DNA from: Candidatus Heimdallarchaeota archaeon
GTDB taxonomy: Archaea > Asgardarchaeota > Heimdallarchaeia > Hodarchaeales > Hodarchaeaceae
DNA: 64,000 bases
Direction: 5' to 3'
NCBI GenBank assembly: GCA_048881705.1
Contig: JBHLSH010000003.1
Span: 37,890-101,889 of the forward strand
Both the position numbers and the translations under genes were made by a program. Below are positions 57,992-64,000 of the stretch, in pieces (position 1 is the first letter of the stretch; each line of letters begins with the position of its first letter). The notes below the pieces were generated by a model. That model was not told where the DNA came from. It ran no database searches and was given only the letters and a program-made list of their open reading frames with translations.

Positions 57992-58447
57992 AATACCACT
58001 TCATCCGCCTAAACTGCTATATACAGATTTTTGGTCAGATATATAGATCTTACTCGTGCCATCAATTGGATTTATTATGCACTCGCTTTTCTCAAGAAAT
58101 GCATTATAATCCGAATTCTGGAATAAATAGCTCAAATTTCATCCTAAAAATGAAAATAATGGATTTGGTAATGGTTTGTGGAATAAATAAACTCACTTAC
58201 GTCATAGGGGCGTAAATTTGCTTGAAGGATCCTTTTTTAATCAGAAACGTAGGTTTTCAATATAAAACTCGACTGATTTATATTAGACCAATCTGAGATT
58301 TTTTTCATTAAAATCCCTATTGTATTCATTAGGTGAATTTCGGCATATTGAAAACAGGCCATCCACGGATCAAGGTTGAATCGCATAATAAGATTAATTG
58401 ACGTCGAATCCAAGCTATAAACGGTTCTCTACTTAAAGGTCTTAGCT

Positions 58448-59608
58448 ATGCCTACCATCAGTTTGTCATTATCTCAAGCCCCCTATTCGCAGGTTTTCTC
58501 GTTTTCTCCAGGCGAAAAGATAAATATCAACGTCTTATTCGATGAGGGACAGGTTCCTGAGAGGTATCGTCTTCAAATTCTTGATCATAAAAAAAACACC
58601 CGATTGAATCGCTATGGAAAAGGCTTCGCTAATATCATCGTAAATGAATGGCCCATTCCGACCCGACTACGTGACGAGCACTTGGGAGTATGGCAGGTTT
58701 GGATAGAAGATTTAAAAGGGACTACGAAGCCCTATGGACATTTTTTCTATGTTGAAAAGGAAGGACGACGAGAAATACCTATGATTGAAGGGATCTCTGT
58801 ACTTCAATTGCCTCAACAGCTCTTCTTGGATCAAATTATGGAAGGCGAACCCATTGGAAAGCCAGACCTGATTTCTGCAAGAATGACATCCAAAGCACCC
58901 ACAGGTGGCGTCATTGAATCTGCGATCCCCGTTACTGCTATTCATGGAATTGGAAAAACCTATGCAGACAGATTATCTCAATTAAAAATAATTTCCGTAT
59001 CCGATTTGTGGAATTTTCGTGATCGGCTAACCCTTGCCCAAACGATGCGAGTCTCAGACAGGAAACTGGATTCGATAATGCATAATGCTAATCTAATCTT
59101 GGAGCAAGAATCAGGATCAGATGTTTATAGGCAAACCAAAGGCGTAAAAATTGAACAAATGAGCCCGCCAAAACCAGGTGATGCTTTAAGTATGCCCGTA
59201 ACGAAAATTAAAGGGATAGGTCAGGTGACGGCCAGGAAATTGAGTATCATAGGGATCGTTACGATCGAGGATTTTCTTAACTCTAGCTATGCTGATATGG
59301 ATTCAATAACAACCAAAAAAACCTTTTTGAAGTGGATGAATAATGCATCATTGTTAGAGACGGGTCCGCCATCCGCTAAAGCGCAACCTCTTAAACCCAC
59401 GAAAGGACGAGTTACAACAGACCTGGAAGGAGGACAACTTTCAAATCTCCGAGGAATTGGCCAGAAAACTGAACATAAACTGAACCTATTGGGCATTTAT
59501 ACGGTGAAAGATATAACGACTTATGAGAACCGAGAAGAACTCAGAAAAGTACTTAGAATGTCTCAATTGCGTTTCCAAACCTTTCTGGAATCCTTGAAGT
59601 TGGAATAA
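58448..59608 (+). CDS. Ig/MG2-like N-terminal domain + three helix-hairpin-helix (DUF4332-like) modules
   Basis: FSPGEKINI...WPIP...GVWQVWIE; IHGIGKTYADRL, IKGIGQVTARKL, LRGIGQKTEHKL. Confidence 0.75.
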   Translation: MPTISLSLSQAPYSQVFSFSPGEKININVLFDEGQVPERYRLQILDHKKNTRLNRYGKGFANIIVNEWPIPTRLRDEHLGVWQVWIEDLKGTTKPYGHFFYVEKEGRREIPMIEGISVLQLPQQLFLDQIMEGEPIGKPDLISARMTSKAPTGGVIESAIPVTAIHGIGKTYADRLSQLKIISVSDLWNFRDRLTLAQTMRVSDRKLDSIMHNANLILEQESGSDVYRQTKGVKIEQMSPPKPGDALSMPVTKIKGIGQVTARKLSIIGIVTIEDFLNSSYADMDSITTKKTFLKWMNNASLLETGPPSAKAQPLKPTKGRVTTDLEGGQLSNLRGIGQKTEHKLNLLGIYTVKDITTYENREELRKVLRMSQLRFQTFLESLKLE

Positions 59609-59752
59609 TGTATCTCTTAACTTTCATACTAGCAGTGCCAGGAGTGGACACCAGTAATTGCGTTTTTAAAACTAAATCCCTTGCATAAAATTTTATTACT
59701 TTTTGAGATTGTTTCCTTGTTACGAAAAATTGTTGTTTAATCCCTGTTAAAA

Positions 59753-61987
59753 TTGAAAGATGTGAAGCTTGTGTCGATGCAGTTTGAAAATCTTGAATCT
59801 AGTGATAAAGATACTCGAAAAAGCGCCGCTATCGCGCTGGGAAATGTTCGTACGAAGTCTTCTCTTCGTGCGCTTTTAGACGCGGCAAAAAATGACCTGG
59901 AAAAGGATGTAAGGAAAGCAGCGATCGATTCAATTACCAGCTTGGGAGATCCAGAGGCCATACCTGTTTTGGAACAGATTTCTATTGATGATAAGGATCG
60001 TGGAACTCGAAATAAGGCAAGAGATGCAGTTGACGCCATTCGTGCTTCTGGAATCTCTTTACCGGAAAGCGAGGATTACTCCGAAAGTGACGCTGATAGA
60101 GCACGATCCGATTTTCGGGCTCTAGAGGAACACGAAAAAGGCCAATCAGGTCTTAAGGTTCGATTACAGGAAACTATAAAATATCGCATAGATCGGGAAA
60201 ATAATCTAGTAAACCTAGAAGGGGAAAAAATCACGTCTTTGACTGGTACTGGAAAGCTTGAAATTGCTAACACGGGAAAAAAAGATAGAATTTGGGGTAT
60301 TGATGCTGAGCTGGAGGGAGTCGAGAATGTACTTTTTGACGCGGATATTGAACAAGGGACCGCGGTATTTGATGATTCTTTCGCATTGAAAGAATTGAAT
60401 CCATCAGAGGCGAAAAGTGTTCCATTTACGTTTGATCTACCCGCTCCCCAAGTATTACTTGTAGAGCATTTCTGGGATTCAGAAAAAACTGATTCTCCAC
60501 CTATTTTTTCTCGTGGAGAAGAAGCAAGTATGCGTTTCACAATTGAAGTAGCGAACCAGTTCGATTGGCCACTGAAAAATGTTATTATCAAGAAATATAT
60601 ACTTGATGGCGAAACTAGGGTAAATAATTTTGAAACCACCACTGGTACAATGACTGATGCCTCCGATGATGATGGGCACCACTTATTTTGGGAAATAGAA
60701 GAGATTCCTGCCAATAGTAAAGTAAATGCTGGTTGTAACTTTACCGTAATTTTGCCTGAAGGCACCAATGAACCGTACAGGATTGGAAGTACCCTGATTA
60801 CCTATCACGGGATTGATAACAATCTTTCTGGTGTGAATCTAAAAACCATCACGGGCAGCTCATCCGTTTTCCAGTTTATCTCCAGAGAAGAACAGGAAGA
60901 AAATCCCGGTGATTTTGACTGCCGGTTCGAATTGGAGAATACTAGTGAATTTGAAATGGATCTAAAAACTGTCCGAATCTATGAAGGCCCATTGGATGAT
61001 GGTAATATAAGAATAGAATGGCTGGGAAGAGATTTTCCTGAAGAGGAACGATCCATTGATCCTGGTGAGACATTTACACTGGATCCTTGGACTATCACGG
61101 TTGACGAACCTGATAACATCCCACAGTTTGGCCGTGAATTAGATCTTAGCGTTAAATACTTGTTTGACTCTGAAATAGTAGCTGAAGTAACTCTGGCTGG
61201 TTATGCGCTACCTTTCATGGCGATCGAAGTAGAAAAGGCCTACAATCCCCTAGAAATCCCTTCATACCGTCGCACTGAGGTTATGTCAGGACATACAATC
61301 AAATCAATTGGTAGTACCGAGATTGAGTACCTTAAATTAGTTAGCAAGTTACCTGAAGGATTTGAAGGGCCTGAGAGAGAAAATATTCAAGTAGTAAAGG
61401 GTGATATGCCATTAGAAGATTTTTATGCCGAAGTATCGTCTGAGGCAGTTACCATAACAATGGAACATCTCGAAGAGTCACCCATAGGTCCTTTCGCGCA
61501 AGGAGAAGAAATAGAAGTAAAATATCCCATATATACAACAGCAAAACCCAACGAGGAATTCATGGGCTCAGTGATTGTTTACGGAAATATCTATCCGGAA
61601 ATAAAACCAATAACAGCAGAAACTGAGGCTGGTCCTATCACTGTCATTCACCAACGAAGAAAACTAAAGATTGGGAAAATGGTTTCATCAACTGCTAGCG
61701 AGGATCCGAATGAATATGAGATCATCATTCGTGGCGAGAATGACGGAACAGCAATCATTAGAAACGTTGAAATTACAGATTTCTTGCCAGCAGGCTTTGA
61801 ATTGGCATCAGATACAGAGGAAGATCCACCCGTAGGTTTTGAAGATCAGTACTCTGTTCAAGGTGGAAGAGCCATGAAATGGGTTTTTGGAGAGGTTAGT
61901 CCCGGGCAAAAAGTGCATATTCGCTTCAAAATCAAAGCGCCTGGTGATCACGATCCCAAAGACGTCTATAGAATGTTACTCGGGTAG
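59753..61987 (+). CDS. Acidic soluble protein: N-terminal HEAT-like repeats + array of beta-sandwich domains
   Basis: DTRKSAAIALG, DVRKAAIDSITSLG, GTRNKARDAV; NVEITDFLPAGFE...KWVFGEVSPGQ; no signal peptide or TM helix. Confidence 0.8.
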   Translation: MKDVKLVSMQFENLESSDKDTRKSAAIALGNVRTKSSLRALLDAAKNDLEKDVRKAAIDSITSLGDPEAIPVLEQISIDDKDRGTRNKARDAVDAIRASGISLPESEDYSESDADRARSDFRALEEHEKGQSGLKVRLQETIKYRIDRENNLVNLEGEKITSLTGTGKLEIANTGKKDRIWGIDAELEGVENVLFDADIEQGTAVFDDSFALKELNPSEAKSVPFTFDLPAPQVLLVEHFWDSEKTDSPPIFSRGEEASMRFTIEVANQFDWPLKNVIIKKYILDGETRVNNFETTTGTMTDASDDDGHHLFWEIEEIPANSKVNAGCNFTVILPEGTNEPYRIGSTLITYHGIDNNLSGVNLKTITGSSSVFQFISREEQEENPGDFDCRFELENTSEFEMDLKTVRIYEGPLDDGNIRIEWLGRDFPEEERSIDPGETFTLDPWTITVDEPDNIPQFGRELDLSVKYLFDSEIVAEVTLAGYALPFMAIEVEKAYNPLEIPSYRRTEVMSGHTIKSIGSTEIEYLKLVSKLPEGFEGPERENIQVVKGDMPLEDFYAEVSSEAVTITMEHLEESPIGPFAQGEEIEVKYPIYTTAKPNEEFMGSVIVYGNIYPEIKPITAETEAGPITVIHQRRKLKIGKMVSSTASEDPNEYEIIIRGENDGTAIIRNVEITDFLPAGFELASDTEEDPPVGFEDQYSVQGGRAMKWVFGEVSPGQKVHIRFKIKAPGDHDPKDVYRMLLG

Positions 61988-62126
61988 TTAGAGAAAGGAA
62001 TACCTCCTTTTCTCACTTTATCTTCAAGCCAACTGTAAGGTCAGGATTTGGTCTTTCGTGAATGTCTCTGACATAACCGAGGTTCTATTATTCAAATCAA
62101 GGTTCCCTTAAAAACCCAAGAGCGAA

Positions 62127-62852
62127 TCAATTAAACACGCCCAATGAATAACTATCGAAAATCAAGAAAATCCCAGTAAAAATGATGAGTATTCCAGCAA
62201 TGCGTGGCAAATGCTGAAACAAGGATGACTTAGATTCCAGGATAATCGATTTAATCGAGGGAATAACTCCCGCAATTAGAAAAAAAGGGGTTCCGACTCC
62301 GAGAGAGAAAACTGCCACCAGAAGTACGATCCCGATGAGGGACGATTCTAAACCTATTAGTGTAAAGAACGTTCCAAAGACAACTAATCCACAGGGGGCG
62401 GCGAGAACCGCAAAGAAAATCCCAATAAGATAACTTTGGATCCAAATACTTGAGATCCTTTCAATAACCTTCATACTTGGCCCGACAGCTTTATTGATCC
62501 GCCAATAAGACATACTTACGTTTAAAACCAATAAAACGCCCAGAGATACCAGAAGAACTCCCTGAAGGAACCTAAAAATGAGATAGTTGAAAGAAAAAAA
62601 ATCTACGATTGCTTGAAAAGCAAAAGCTAATCCTAAAAATACAGTCATAACCCCTAATGTTACCAAGAGACTTAGTATAATAGCACGGCCACGGGAAAAA
62701 CTCCTCTGCTCCTGATTTAGTACGTCACCAGATTCTGATTGAGTTAAGAATGACACAAAAAACGGTAGAAGGGGAAAGAGGCAGGGCGCAAAGCTAGCGA
62801 CCAACCCGAGAATATACGAAGTTAGGATTTCATATAAAGCAACCAAAATCAA
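62127..62852 (-). CDS. ccdA: CcdA/DsbD transmembrane electron-transfer protein
   Basis: SFAPCLFPLLP and LAAPCG; about six TMs. Confidence 0.9.
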   Translation of the reverse strand: MILVALYEILTSYILGLVASFAPCLFPLLPFFVSFLTQSESGDVLNQEQRSFSRGRAIILSLLVTLGVMTVFLGLAFAFQAIVDFFSFNYLIFRFLQGVLLVSLGVLLVLNVSMSYWRINKAVGPSMKVIERISSIWIQSYLIGIFFAVLAAPCGLVVFGTFFTLIGLESSLIGIVLLVAVFSLGVGTPFFLIAGVIPSIKSIILESKSSLFQHLPRIAGILIIFTGIFLIFDSYSLGVFN

Positions 62853-62986
62853 TTAGCTTCCATTCGGATAACGAATTTCGTATGAGAAAACGAGTAAAAA
62901 AGACTTTTGATTCAATTGATACGAATATCGTTTCTTTCACAAAACGTAGAACAAATTCTATTAACTTTGATAATTAATCTCGGATC

Positions 62987-63658
62987 ATGAACCGGTTTTC
63001 TCGTCAGTTGGCCCTTGTAATCTTCATTGTGTCAATCCTTTTGATCTCGTCATCTCACAATCAACTTCAAGCTAATTCTCCTAACTCTGTCCAAGAATCC
63101 TTTGCTGCCATCTCCGCTTTTGATTTTACACTAACTAACGGTACAATAGTGAACATTCTCAATTTTACAGATAAGCCAATTCTTCTTGAGTGGAGTGCCT
63201 CTTGGTGCTCCATCTGTGCCCTAAACCACGATAACATTGACACCATTTATGCAGAGTACAAAGATCGTATCAATTTCTTGTCTATCAGCTATAAAGGTTC
63301 CGGAGATGATCTTAGTAAAGTTATTTCTATGAAAGGATCTTATGAATGGGAATTTGGATTAGACCATCTAAACTGGGCTCAAACGTTTAATGCCCAGAAC
63401 GCAGACACGTGGATTCTTTATTCCAACTTAACACAGGTAATAATCGGCGATTATTCACTGTTAACCGTTGCGTTATTGAGATCACATTTAGATAACGTAC
63501 TGTTGGACTTGAATACAACGGGAACTCCGAGCTCGCTACCGCCTCAAGAGCTTTGGGCTCTTGATCTCCTTGTGAAAAACCCTCTCTTTCTCGGATTCCT
63601 TGGTGTAATGATAGTGTCAGCTATAGGTCTAATACTGATAAGAATTCGGCGGCAATAG
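62987..63658 (+). CDS. TlpA-like membrane-anchored thioredoxin, divergent from ccdA
   Basis: Signal sequence, FDFTL, WSASWCSIC, C-terminal TM + RIRRQ. Confidence 0.88.
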   Translation: MNRFSRQLALVIFIVSILLISSSHNQLQANSPNSVQESFAAISAFDFTLTNGTIVNILNFTDKPILLEWSASWCSICALNHDNIDTIYAEYKDRINFLSISYKGSGDDLSKVISMKGSYEWEFGLDHLNWAQTFNAQNADTWILYSNLTQVIIGDYSLLTVALLRSHLDNVLLDLNTTGTPSSLPPQELWALDLLVKNPLFLGFLGVMIVSAIGLILIRIRRQ

Positions 63659-63722
63659 ATTAGATCTTGCAAGTGCGTTCTAATCATCCTGGAAACGGGA
63701 TATTAACCTGGTTCCCATGTAA

Positions 63723-63998
63723 TCAGTTTAATGAGGGAGTTAGGTCCCGAAGTTTGATGGCTTCTTTGAGATAGGCTTCTACCTCTGAGAAGGCAATCCG
63801 TTCTTGTAATGGCGCGTTTCGATCTGATAGCTCCTTCCACTGTGATAATTCCTTCTCCAAGCGATCTTGTTCTCCTTTTACTTCATCCAATAGATGACCC
63901 AAGCCTTTTTTGTCTGCCACCTCTGCAGCTTGGGTTAATAGCTGAAAAGCATCTTGTGCATCTCCTTCGACAAGCTTAAATTTTGCCTGCAGAAGTTG
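63723..63998 (-). CDS. C-terminal end of a TPR-like protein (gene starts beyond the window)
   Basis: Frame is open to the window edge: QLLQAKFKLVEGDAQDAFQLLTQAAEVADKKGLGHL, resembling C-termini of Asgard TPR proteins. Confidence 0.65.
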   Translation of the reverse strand, partial: QLLQAKFKLVEGDAQDAFQLLTQAAEVADKKGLGHLLDEVKGEQDRLEKELSQWKELSDRNAPLQERIAFSEVEAYLKEAIKLRDLTPSLN

Positions 63999-64000
63999 AA

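Noticed and set aside
54293-58447. Intergenic gaps 54293-54737 and 57992-58447 as ncRNA or IS remnants
   Set aside because: No terminal inverted repeats, transposase fragments or recognisable RNA motifs; both lie between divergent genes and fit promoter regions.
3171-62445. Dozens of 60-230 aa ORFs nested in or antisense to long genes (e.g. 60076-60768, 7641-8030, 48321-48698)
   Set aside because: They lie fully within genes that have clear family motifs and show no motifs of their own; treated as shadow ORFs.
62127-63658. ccdA + thioredoxin as a novel system
   Set aside because: This is a well-known redox pair with intact standard motifs.

Overview
64 kb of gene-dense chromosome from an Asgard archaeon. 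The taxonomy is inferred from a two-domain gelsolin, Rab- and Arf-like GTPases, longin/uDENN-like domains, three CDC48s, a DGGGP-synthase-like UbiA and a Heimdall-type TPR tail; Heimdallarchaeia/Hodarchaeales is the best guess. I found no rRNA, tRNA, CRISPR array or mobile element. Three loci stand out. (1) 1-12696: four co-oriented genes. Two are paralogous giant single-pass, sequon-rich surface proteins built from the same 208-aa unit (exact 624-nt period) but with different cytoplasmic tails (winged helix vs longin + winged helix). They are followed by a longin/uDENN-like coiled-coil protein with a probable missed CTG start, and a gelsolin with a proline-rich linker and an unknown C-terminal domain. 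Together they form a candidate surface-to-actin signalling module. (2) 45564-50209: two coupled CDC48 paralogs, each with a degenerate D1 and an intact D2 ATPase, suggesting a Pex1/Pex6-like heterohexamer. All three CDC48s and a PAC2 protein share a [ST][FY][VI] C-terminus. (3) 36272-41972: a GH5 glycolipid-hydrolase-like gene, a DGGGP synthase and two zinc-ribbon CPBP intramembrane proteases in one run. All family calls come from motifs read by eye; no database search was run.
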